Shown: piece by piece, positions 36,396 through 44,348 of the stretch | How the letters are laid out: each line of letters opens with the position of its first letter | Numbering within the stretch: the first letter of the stretch is position 1 | Assembly: GCA_903822015.1 (NCBI GenBank) | Contig: CAIJNQ010000070.1 | Coordinates: 1 to 45,161, forward strand | DNA: 45,161 nt | Origin: an uncultured Verrucomicrobia subdivision 3 bacterium | GTDB taxonomy: Bacteria > Verrucomicrobiota > Verrucomicrobiia > Limisphaerales > UBA11358 | Direction: 5' to 3' | Notes under the pieces: model-generated | The model's input: the letters and a program-made list of their open reading frames with translations, nothing else | Database searches by the model: none | Told to the model about the DNA's origin: nothing | Program-made: the position numbers and the translations under genes

Positions 36396-37319
36396 TCAGG
36401 GGCTGTTGGTCGAAATGGATAAGGTTGCGGCGGGAATCGGCGACGGGGCATCTTCCTGGCCGGCTTCGAGGTGTTTAATGAGCACGGCCACGGACAGGCC
36501 GGCGATCAGAGCGATGGAAAGTTTCATGCGATCGTGGGAATGAAATTGCAATTCCGGCAGCAGGTCGCTGCTGGCGATGCACAGAAAGGTTCCGGCGCAG
36601 AAGGCCAGTGAACAGCCGAGAAAAACCGCATTCGAATCGGCAAATTGATTCGCCCCGAAATAAAACAAAACGGCCCCAATCGGACTGACCAGGGCAAAAA
36701 GCCCGTTCAAAACATGCCGCGAGAAACGCGAACTGCCGCTGGCTGTCATCAGGGCCGAAACCGCCATCGCATCAAATGGCTTGTGAAGAATCACCACGAG
36801 GGCGACGCCCAACCCGGCCAGTTTGAGGTGGTTGTGGAGTCCGGCTTCAACCGCCGCCGCCAGTGCCAGCCCGTCAAGCAGCGAGTGCAGCGTCATTCCC
36901 AACGCCGTGCCGACCCAGGAAAGTTGCTGCGCCGATTTATCCGCCAGCGTGTGGGCGTGATGTTCGTGATCGTGGTCTTCCTGTTCGGCATGATCGTGGC
37001 AGCAGTCTTCCGGGTCGCCTTCCGGCGAGTCGTGGTGGTGAAAATGGAAAAAGCGCTGGAGAAAGAACATGGCCAGAAAACCGCCCAACATCCACGTCGT
37101 CGTCCTGTCAACCGAATGCAACTGCTCGGCCGCATCAGGCAGAAAATGTAGCAGCGCGATGCCGAGCATCAGGCCGGCCACAAAACTGATCGCAACCTGC
37201 AACCGGGCATGGGTGGGACGGATGATCAACAGGAACCAGCCGCCCGCCAGCGAAGCCAGCAAAACCAGCAGACAATAAGCCGCCAGCAGCCAGTTGGAAG
37301 AAACCGCACTAACATTCAT
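36396..37319 (-). CDS. ZIP family divalent metal transporter (ZupT-like) with His/Cys/Asp-rich cytoplasmic loop
   Basis: 307 aa with about 8 TM segments. The loop is HFHHHDSPEGDPEDCCHDHAEQEDHDHEHHAHTLADK. ZIP-type TM motifs: HSLLDGLALA and HKPFDAMAV. Confidence 0.82.
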   Translation of the reverse strand: MNVSAVSSNWLLAAYCLLVLLASLAGGWFLLIIRPTHARLQVAISFVAGLMLGIALLHFLPDAAEQLHSVDRTTTWMLGGFLAMFFLQRFFHFHHHDSPEGDPEDCCHDHAEQEDHDHEHHAHTLADKSAQQLSWVGTALGMTLHSLLDGLALAAAVEAGLHNHLKLAGLGVALVVILHKPFDAMAVSALMTASGSSRFSRHVLNGLFALVSPIGAVLFYFGANQFADSNAVFLGCSLAFCAGTFLCIASSDLLPELQFHSHDRMKLSIALIAGLSVAVLIKHLEAGQEDAPSPIPAATLSISTNSP

Positions 37320-37490
37320 AATTCATTTCAGAAAATTCAAAAGGGAAACGACTTTCTGGATTGCAAGGGAGCCGCACTCTAGCAAACGACCGGTTGGCGG
37401 CAAGCCAATTTCGGACACATTGCCGTTTAACGAGGAACTGTTACCAGCTTTTTTGTTTCGCAATCACTTCGCAATCTTTATTCTTATTCC

Positions 37491-38597
37491 ATGCGCACCG
37501 TTTCCGTCGAACTGGGTGATCGCAGTTACGCGATCAAAATTGCGCCGGGCCTGCTCAAACAGCTCGGCCAGGAATGTGCGCGGCTCAAACTCGGCCGCCG
37601 CTGCGCCATCATCACCGACTCCATCGTTGGTAAAAAATATGCCCGGCCGGCATTTGAATCCCTGGTCCTGGCCGGTTTCGAACCGCTGCTCATCATCATA
37701 CCCGCCGGGGAAAAATCCAAACGTGTGTCCGTTGTGGAAAAATGTTTCGACCGGCTCGCGGCCCACCGGCTGGAACGAAAATCCTTCATCGTCGCGCTCG
37801 GCGGCGGCGTCGTGGGCGACCTGGCCGGTTTCGTGGCGGCCACCTATCTTCGCGGCATTCCCTTCGTCCAGGTGCCGACCACGCTGCTCGCTCAGGTGGA
37901 CAGTTCCGTCGGCGGCAAAACCGGCGTGAACTTACAGGCCGGCAAGAATCTCGTCGGCGCCTTTTATCAGCCCCAATTGGTGCTGTGCGATTTGGACGCG
38001 TTAAAAACCCTGCCGAACCGTGAATATGTTTCCGGCCTCGCCGAGGTGATCAAATACGGTGTCATTTACGACGCGATTCTTTTCGCGCAGCTGGAACGCC
38101 AGTTGCCTAAGCTGTTGCAACGCGAGGCCGCCACGCTGGCCGCCGTCATCGCCCGCTGCTGCGAAATCAAGGCGAACATTGTCGGCCAGGACGAAACGGA
38201 AAGCGACCTGCGCGCCATCCTGAATTTCGGCCACACCATCGGCCACGCGATTGAGAACAGTTCCGGCTACGGAAAATTCCTTCACGGCGAGGCGATTGCC
38301 ATCGGCCAGGTCGCGGCGGCCAAACTGTCGCAGACAATTCTCGGCCTGCCATCCGCGGACGCGGAGCGAATTGAACAATTATTCGTCGCGGCCGGATTGC
38401 CGGTCCGGATCAAATTGAACGGCAAGCGCCGCGAAAAACTGTTCGCCGCCATGAGGCTCGACAAAAAGGTCAGCGGCGGAGAAATCAAGTTCGTGCTCGC
38501 GGAAAAAATCGGCAAAGTCCGTTTCGGCTGCAAAGTTCAATCCCACCATTTTTCCGGCATGACTGATGTGCTGGTGACCACTCGGCGCCCGGCATAG
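37491..38597 (+). CDS. aroB: 3-dehydroquinate synthase
   Basis: 368 aa. YAIKIAPGLL, ALGGGVVGDLAGFVAATYLRGIPFVQVPTTLLAQVDSSVGGKTGVN, GLAEVIKYG, LNFGHTIGHAIE, HGEAIAIG. Confidence 0.93.
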   Translation: MRTVSVELGDRSYAIKIAPGLLKQLGQECARLKLGRRCAIITDSIVGKKYARPAFESLVLAGFEPLLIIIPAGEKSKRVSVVEKCFDRLAAHRLERKSFIVALGGGVVGDLAGFVAATYLRGIPFVQVPTTLLAQVDSSVGGKTGVNLQAGKNLVGAFYQPQLVLCDLDALKTLPNREYVSGLAEVIKYGVIYDAILFAQLERQLPKLLQREAATLAAVIARCCEIKANIVGQDETESDLRAILNFGHTIGHAIENSSGYGKFLHGEAIAIGQVAAAKLSQTILGLPSADAERIEQLFVAAGLPVRIKLNGKRREKLFAAMRLDKKVSGGEIKFVLAEKIGKVRFGCKVQSHHFSGMTDVLVTTRRPA

Positions 38598-38673
38598 GAG
38601 GACATCCGTTACCTGATTAATCTCCACCCGTTTTGTTTTGGCAAGCGCGCCATTCACCGTTTAACTATGCATC

Positions 38674-40044
38674 ATGCAAGCTGTTCTTGATTATCTTAAA
38701 CGGAACCAGACGCGTTTCGTGGCCGAATTGTGCGAACTGCTCCGGTTCCCCAGCGTCTCCGCGCAACCGCAGCACAAGAAAGATCTTCGTGCATGCGCCG
38801 AATGGCTGGTAAGCCATTGCCGCGCCATCGGACTGGAGGCCAAACTTTGTCCGACCGCCGGCCATCCCATCGTGCTGGCCAAAACGCCGCGCGATAAAAA
38901 ATCCCGCAAGCCACACTTCATGGTCTATGGCCATTATGACGTGCAACCGCCGGAACCGCTCGATCTGTGGCAGTCGCCGCCGTTTGCACCGCGCATCGTA
39001 GGCAAATCCATTTACGCCCGCGGCAGCACCGATAACAAGGGCCAGTTCTTTTCCCATCTCAAGGCCGTCGAAGCGTATCACAAAACCGGCACACCCCTGC
39101 TCTGCAATTTAACATTCGTCCTCGAAGGGGAGGAGGAAGTCGGCAGCGAAAGTCTCTCAGCTTTCCTTAAAACCCACCGCCGCGATCTTGCCTGTAAGGC
39201 CGTCGTCATTTCCGACACCGGCATGCCTGGTTTGAAATATCCGGCGCTGACCTACGCCTTGCGCGGCATCATCGCTTTTGAAATCACGCTGCACGGCCCG
39301 GCGCGGGATTTACATTCCGGCGTCTTCGGCGGCGCGGTAGAAAATCCCGCGATGGCACTCGCCCGCCTGCTGGCCCAAGTCCGGGATGTAAACGGTCGCG
39401 TGACCATTCCCGGCTTTTATCAGGAAGTCGCGCCGCTTTCCCGCTTCGAGCGCCAGCAGGCCGCGAGATATCCCTTGAAAGATGCGCAACTCAAAAAATT
39501 GCTCGGTCCGCCGGAGCTTTTTGGTGAACGCGGCTTCACCCCCACTGAACAGCGAAGCGCCCGGCCCACCTTTGAAATCAATGGTCTTACCAGCGGCTAT
39601 CAGGGTGATGGCAGCAAAACCATCGTGCCGTCGTGGGCCCGGGCTAAGATCACCTGCCGGCTAGTCCCGGAGCAAAAGCCAGAGCACGTCCGCAAAACAG
39701 TGCTCGCGTATTTGAAGAAAATATGTCCGCCGACGGTGCGGCTGGAAATCAGCGCCGGCCATGGCGCGGAAGCCTACCACGTTTCGCCGACCAGCCCATT
39801 GGCCCAGGCGTCCATTCGCGCTTTGCGCCAGGCTTTTGGCGCGGAGCCCATTTTAATGCGCGAAGGTGGCTCTATACCCATTGTGAACCAGTTCAAGAAA
39901 ATCCTCGGCGCGGACTCACTGCTGCTGGGGCTAGGCCTACCCGACGACAATGCCCATTCGCCGAATGAAAAATTCCATCTGGCCTGTTTTGCAAAAGGCC
40001 AGCGCATGAGCGCACTACTGTGGCAGGAACTGGCCCGCGTTTGA
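38674..40044 (+). CDS. M20 family dipeptidase (ArgE/DapE/CNDP-like)
   Basis: 456 aa. FPSVSAQP, MVYGHYDVQPPEPLDLWQSPPF, ARGSTDNKGQ, EGEEEVGS, DNAHSPNEKF. This is the M20 metal-ligand and catalytic arrangement. Confidence 0.88.
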   Translation: MQAVLDYLKRNQTRFVAELCELLRFPSVSAQPQHKKDLRACAEWLVSHCRAIGLEAKLCPTAGHPIVLAKTPRDKKSRKPHFMVYGHYDVQPPEPLDLWQSPPFAPRIVGKSIYARGSTDNKGQFFSHLKAVEAYHKTGTPLLCNLTFVLEGEEEVGSESLSAFLKTHRRDLACKAVVISDTGMPGLKYPALTYALRGIIAFEITLHGPARDLHSGVFGGAVENPAMALARLLAQVRDVNGRVTIPGFYQEVAPLSRFERQQAARYPLKDAQLKKLLGPPELFGERGFTPTEQRSARPTFEINGLTSGYQGDGSKTIVPSWARAKITCRLVPEQKPEHVRKTVLAYLKKICPPTVRLEISAGHGAEAYHVSPTSPLAQASIRALRQAFGAEPILMREGGSIPIVNQFKKILGADSLLLGLGLPDDNAHSPNEKFHLACFAKGQRMSALLWQELARV

Positions 40045-40121
40045 AGTGACTTTATGTTGGCAATTGGCGGACAACATCATGGATTATATTCGCCCTGCGG
40101 CAGCGCTATCAGGCGAATCTT

Positions 40122-40434
40122 AAATTTGGCTACGGCACGGTGTTTGCCGTCAGCACCAGTGGGGTATTCACCAACCTGTATAATTTCACAGGCAGTAGCG
40201 CAGGTTCTGGCAAGCTGTTCAGTTGTAGGCTGGGACGGCCGCAATTAGCAATCACTCCCTCGGGTACCAATGTGCTTCTGGCCTGGACTGCCAGAGGGAT
40301 TCCAATTCAGCTCACAAATCAACATCTCGGCTGTCTGGAGCGCAGTTTACCCTTTGCCGGCTGTCGTCAACGGTTTGGATAACTTAACCAATCCGATTTT
40401 CAACTTGCCAAAATTTTACCGGTTGAGCCAGTAG
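40122..40434 (+). pseudogene. remnant 3' end of a secreted repeat protein (one Gly-Thr-Val-Phe repeat plus a FYRL-terminated C-terminal module), frameshifted
   Basis: Frame of 40140: KFGYGTVFAVSTSGVFTNLYNFTGS ... LAITPSGTNVLLAWTA. The sense then continues only in the frame shifted by one: EGFQFSSQINISAVWSAVYPLPAVVNGLDNLTNPIFNLPKFYRLSQ, with stop at 40432-40434. The switch point is near 40290. There is no credible start, signal peptide or upstream repeats. Confidence 0.5.
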
Positions 40435-40497
40435 GCTCTTATCCCGGAACAGACTCATGGACTGGCTGAGGAAAGTGGACGCCACTGGAGAGCTGGT

Positions 40498-40912
40498 TCA
40501 GGTCGGGTCGAAGATATTCGGTGTTGGCGGCGAACCGGCCAGATGGCAGGCGATGCGTTCGCCGCCGTAGATTGACAATAGGAAGCCAACCCCGTTGCAG
40601 CCCAGGTTGTAGAGCAGACTGGCGTTCGTTGGTTCCGGCCCGATCAGGCGCACGCCGCTCGCAGAATACCCAATGACACCATGCCAGGAATAATCGAGTT
40701 CGGACATCGGCGACCGGTCCGGGGCAACCAGCGGGAGGATCTCGCTCCAGCAGCATTACCTTGCGGTTGGTTGAGCGCAGGGTGAAAAAGGCCGTGGCAA
40801 CACCGGCAATCCCCGCCCCGATGATGGCGATATCGGTCCTGACATCGCTGGCGAGTGGGCGGGCCGGCGGGTCGGAATCGAGCTGTTCAATCCATGGCGA
40901 CCGAATCGTCAC
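40498..40912 (-). pseudogene. FAD-dependent oxidoreductase (DAO family) remnant with large internal deletion and frameshift
   Basis: The N-terminal 57 codons carry the Rossmann FAD motif DIAIIGAGIAGVATAFFTLRSTNRKVMLLE, then lose sense. The frame shifted by one reads EILPLVAPDRSPMSELDYSWHGVIGYSASGVRLIGPEPTNASLLYNLGCNGVGFLLSIYGGERIACHLAG, a typical DAO-family C-terminus ending at 40498. Only about 415 bp remain, whereas my recollection is that these enzymes normally need about 1.1-1.2 kb. Confidence 0.65.
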
Positions 40913-41157
40913 AACGCGGAAAATGGCGGTTGGTTTTGGGTCCTCTTATTGCAGGTCAAAAATGCCATACAGTCAGGACACGATCAAGCCCAAGCCTCCC
41001 CGCAAGTCGTTGCGAAGTGTCTTTGTTAGTGAGGCGAGCGTTCCCGCGAGCCGGGCATTCCCATCGTGGATCTTCCTCTTTAAAAACCCTTCCGCCTTGC
41101 ACCTTTATCCTTCTTCGTAATCCCTCTTTTCTCTCCTGGTGATCGCTCCGCTTACCT

Positions 41158-41994
41158 TTAGGATTTAATATCCCGTACCTGAAAGGCCATGGTCCCGATG
41201 ATGAATGCCGTCGCACTCACCGAAAAAAGTATGATTTCCGACTGGCAGATCTGCAACCACGGCACCGGGTCCTGAAAGACCAGCAGCCAGCATTTGAAAT
41301 GATGTGTGACGAACCAGTTTTCGTAGCGGTCAAAGAAGGGAATGTTTTCCAGCACCATGCTGACAAACAGAAACGAGAGGGCCAGCACCGTGGCCGCCGC
41401 CGGTTTCATGTTGAAGCATGAGAACATGAAGGCCACCGACATCATCACGCTTGCGTTCATCGCCAGAAACAGATGTGAAAGGATAAACCGCACCAGACCA
41501 TCGTGCGCCGACAGGACACTGAACGCCTGCCCCGGTGAAAAGACAAACATCCCCTTCCAGGGAAACAACAGGCTGGCAAATCCAAGCGCGGTCAGACCCA
41601 GCGCCACCACCAGCACGATGGCAAAAATGTTGCCCGCGCTCCACTTCACGAACAACAATCGCACACGGGAGATGGGACGCGATAAAATCATCCGCAACGT
41701 ACCATCCTCGGCTTCCTTCGCCACCAGATCGCCCCCAACCAGGGTGGCATATAACGGCATGAGCAGCATGATCTGGGGGATCAACATCACCACCGACACC
41801 GTCAACGCCGAGATGAATTCCGATGCCAGGTAGCCGTTGCCATTCAGCAGCCGCTCGAAATCGCTCTGCCAGCGGGTGTATTTGAAGGCCAGCAGCATCA
41901 GGGTCTGCGCCAGCAGAAATGCCCCAAAGCCGATATACGTGCGTTTCTTGCCGAACAGCTTCCGGAGTTCGTTTTTAAGTTGGGCCCTGAACAT
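41158..41994 (-). CDS. ABC-2 type transporter permease (6 TM)
   Basis: 278 aa. The N-terminus MFRAQLKNELRKLFGKKRTYIGFGAFLL is typical of ABC-2 permeases, and six hydrophobic segments follow. It lies 3 nt downstream of an ABC ATPase gene. Confidence 0.8.
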   Translation of the reverse strand: MFRAQLKNELRKLFGKKRTYIGFGAFLLAQTLMLLAFKYTRWQSDFERLLNGNGYLASEFISALTVSVVMLIPQIMLLMPLYATLVGGDLVAKEAEDGTLRMILSRPISRVRLLFVKWSAGNIFAIVLVVALGLTALGFASLLFPWKGMFVFSPGQAFSVLSAHDGLVRFILSHLFLAMNASVMMSVAFMFSCFNMKPAAATVLALSFLFVSMVLENIPFFDRYENWFVTHHFKCWLLVFQDPVPWLQICQSEIILFSVSATAFIIGTMAFQVRDIKS

Positions 41995-41997
41995 GAT

Positions 41998-42906
41998 TCA
42001 ATGGGCGTCGGTCGCCACTGGTGGTTTGATAAGGTTGAGATAAAAATCTTCCACGGTTTGCTCGTGCTGCCAGATGCCTTCCAAGGCCATCCCGGCCGTA
42101 ATCAGGGCTTGGGCGATCTCCGCCGTCGTACGGCCCGCCGCCAGGGTGATGTACCTGTCCCCGGCGCTGGCGGTGATCAATCCGCGTTCGCGGAGCAACC
42201 GGGTGGCGCCCGCAAAATCGGATGTCTTCAATGCCACCTTGCCCCGGGCAGCTTTCACATCCGCCACGTTGCCTTCAAAGACTTTTTTACCCTGCTGCAG
42301 CACGGCAATGCGCGTGCAAAGTTGCTCGACTTCATTCAGCAGATGCGATGAGAGCAGGATGGTGAGGCCCAGTTCGTGTTGCAATCGAATGATCGTCTGG
42401 CGCATTTCATGGATGCCCTCCGGATCAAGTCCGTCGCTAGGCTCATCCAGGATGAGCAGTTCCGGCCCGGGCAGCAGCGCCTGCGCCAAGGCCAGACGCG
42501 AGCGCATTCCGTGGGAGTACGTCCGCACTTTGGACTGTTCGCGTCCTGTCAAACCCACCCATTCAATCACCTCGCGAATCCGGGCGGCCGGAGTCGGCGC
42601 GCTGTAGGTGCTCAGGATTTCCAAATTGCGCCAGCCGCTCAGGTAATCATAAAAAGCCGGGGATTCAAATATGGCGCCCACCCGCATCAGCGCCTCACGA
42701 CGGTTGGCTGCCACGTCGTGGCCGCAAATTTTTATTTCGCCGCTCGTCGGCCAGACTTGCCCGAGCATCATGCCGATGGCCGTGCTTTTGCCGGCGCCGT
42801 TGTGCCCCAGCAATCCGAAAATTTCCCCGCGCGGCACCCGGAACGACAGATCGTCCACGGCCGTGCGGCCGGCAAACTTCTTGGTCACATTGTGCAGTTC
42901 AATCAT
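41998..42906 (-). CDS. ABC transporter ATP-binding protein (ABC-2 subfamily)
   Basis: 302 aa. Walker [10 protein letters not shown]; Q-loop; signature variant [15 protein letters not shown]; Walker [13 protein letters not shown]; H-loop SSHLL. An extra C-terminal domain of about 70 aa is present. Confidence 0.92.
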   Translation of the reverse strand: MIELHNVTKKFAGRTAVDDLSFRVPRGEIFGLLGHNGAGKSTAIGMMLGQVWPTSGEIKICGHDVAANRREALMRVGAIFESPAFYDYLSGWRNLEILSTYSAPTPAARIREVIEWVGLTGREQSKVRTYSHGMRSRLALAQALLPGPELLILDEPSDGLDPEGIHEMRQTIIRLQHELGLTILLSSHLLNEVEQLCTRIAVLQQGKKVFEGNVADVKAARGKVALKTSDFAGATRLLRERGLITASAGDRYITLAAGRTTAEIAQALITAGMALEGIWQHEQTVEDFYLNLIKPPVATDAH

Positions 42907-43463
42907 TTGGATCCTTCGATCGCCAGCAGATTCTTGATGTGGCCGTCCGCGTACAGATAATTCACAGCCTTGTTGGCCCCGCGCGCCTTGTGGAAATCCG
43001 CCTTGTCGTAGACCACCGGTATGTCATGCGGAAAAAAGTAAAAGTTAAAGACCACCAGATGATCCGCATCCTCGCCGTTTAAAAGGCTGTTCCACGCGTA
43101 GCTCGAACCGGTCAACTCATAGGCACGCTGCAGATCCGAAGGGCAGCGCAGCACGTTCGTATTCCCGAGTTGCGGCGCCAGCACGTTTTGTATGGCGGGG
43201 AAGGTGTTGGTGGCGGCGGCAACCGGGTCCATCAAGACGTCGCGCAGGGTCGGCATTTTATTGTTGTTCTCCTGCACATAAATCTGGAGCGCGATCCCGA
43301 TCTGGTGCAGGTTGCTCAAACAGACCGTGGCCCGGGCCGATTCCCTGGTTCGCCACAGCACCGGCAGCAGCAGCCCGGCCAGAATCGCGATAATGCCAAT
43401 CACCACCAACAATTCAACCAGCGTGAAGGCCCGGACGGTCCTGACTCCCCGGGAAACCTTCAT
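42903..43463 (-). CDS. prepilin-type N-terminal cleavage/methylation domain protein with C-terminal ADGH (H-X9-DG-like) motif
   Basis: 186 aa. [36 protein letters not shown] is a class III signal with Glu at +5. The C-terminus is [19 protein letters not shown] overlaps occur at both ends (43460-43463 and 42903-42906). Confidence 0.85.
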   Translation of the reverse strand: MKVSRGVRTVRAFTLVELLVVIGIIAILAGLLLPVLWRTRESARATVCLSNLHQIGIALQIYVQENNNKMPTLRDVLMDPVAAATNTFPAIQNVLAPQLGNTNVLRCPSDLQRAYELTGSSYAWNSLLNGEDADHLVVFNFYFFPHDIPVVYDKADFHKARGANKAVNYLYADGHIKNLLAIEGSK

Positions 43464-44086
43464 GGCTGTGGTCGGCGCATCATTCTTCCGCTCTCCATCG
43501 TGCGCTGCATCTCTTCCAGGAGGGGTGCCAATTCCGCCTTGGTCTGCGCGGAGCTTTGACTGTAAAAACTTTGCAGGCCGATTTTTGTCACCTGTTCCTG
43601 AAGTTCCGGGCTCAGGACCAAGGTGTTGGTGCCCGGCGGCGGGACATTGCCGCCGTCCGCCAGTTTGTCCCGGGCATCTTTCATCTGCTTCACGGCTTGA
43701 TCCACAACCCGCTTGCGCTTGTCAGGCGCCATGTCCTGGAAGGCCGTCAGCATCTGTTTGAACCCAGTGGGGAGGGTCGCCTCGAGGAATACGCTTTTCT
43801 CGGCCTCGGTCATCGCCTCAAACCACCGGTAAGCCGTGCGGTCGATCCGCAATTGCTGACGCTCGGCGAGAGAGAGGTCGTTGAGCATCGCCGCCAGCTT
43901 TTGAATCGCCGCCGCGCGCCCGGCGGCCGACATATGGCTGAAAGCCACCGACGCCGTATATGCCCGCACTTTTTCCGGAGTGATTTTGGCATTCTTCGCG
44001 AGGGTATAACCGGCGATCGCCACCGCCCAGACCGCTGCCAGGGCAATCACCGCCGAAAGAATCGGTCGCTGTCGCGGACTCAACAT
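43460..44086 (-). CDS. hypothetical single-pass membrane-anchored helical protein
   Basis: 208 aa. N-terminal TM helix [21 protein letters not shown], then a charged, apparently all-helical region with recurrent helix starts [18 protein letters not shown] and LSPELQEQV. It is the first gene of a tightly coupled four-gene array. No family recognised. Confidence 0.65.
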   Translation of the reverse strand: MLSPRQRPILSAVIALAAVWAVAIAGYTLAKNAKITPEKVRAYTASVAFSHMSAAGRAAAIQKLAAMLNDLSLAERQQLRIDRTAYRWFEAMTEAEKSVFLEATLPTGFKQMLTAFQDMAPDKRKRVVDQAVKQMKDARDKLADGGNVPPPGTNTLVLSPELQEQVTKIGLQSFYSQSSAQTKAELAPLLEEMQRTMESGRMMRRPQP

Positions 44087-44348
44087 GGCACCAGCTTATG
44101 ACTTCACCGTCGATTCAACACGTAAAAAGCGTGTCCTTTCCCTGCCCAGGTTCCAAAAAGCCGGATTTTATATCTCGTGGCTGAGCCACCAATGAACTAT
44201 ATCCAGCAGATCCGCAACAGTTTATACAGGCTGTTGGGAGTCGGAGTTTCAATGATTGCAAGCTTCAATTGCTGTTTGTCTGTTTGACTGATTGCCGTGT
44301 GGCCAACTATTTTCAGGCTCTTTTAACGCCCGGAAGAACTCCGGATCT

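Noticed and set aside
36338-36451. 38-codon N-terminal extension of the DUF455 fusion ORF (MPRRRFPPQPYPFRP...)
   Set aside because: It would overlap the 3' end of the ZIP gene by 56 nt and is Pro/Arg-rich. The internal ATG at 36337 begins the helical domain. The longer form cannot be fully excluded.
40054-40248. 64-aa track ORF (MLAIGGQHHGLYSPCGS...) and other short ORFs at 40761-41142
   Set aside because: They have no protein-like features. The sense-making reading of this region is the degraded repeat-protein and oxidoreductase frames, so these are by-products of the decay zone.
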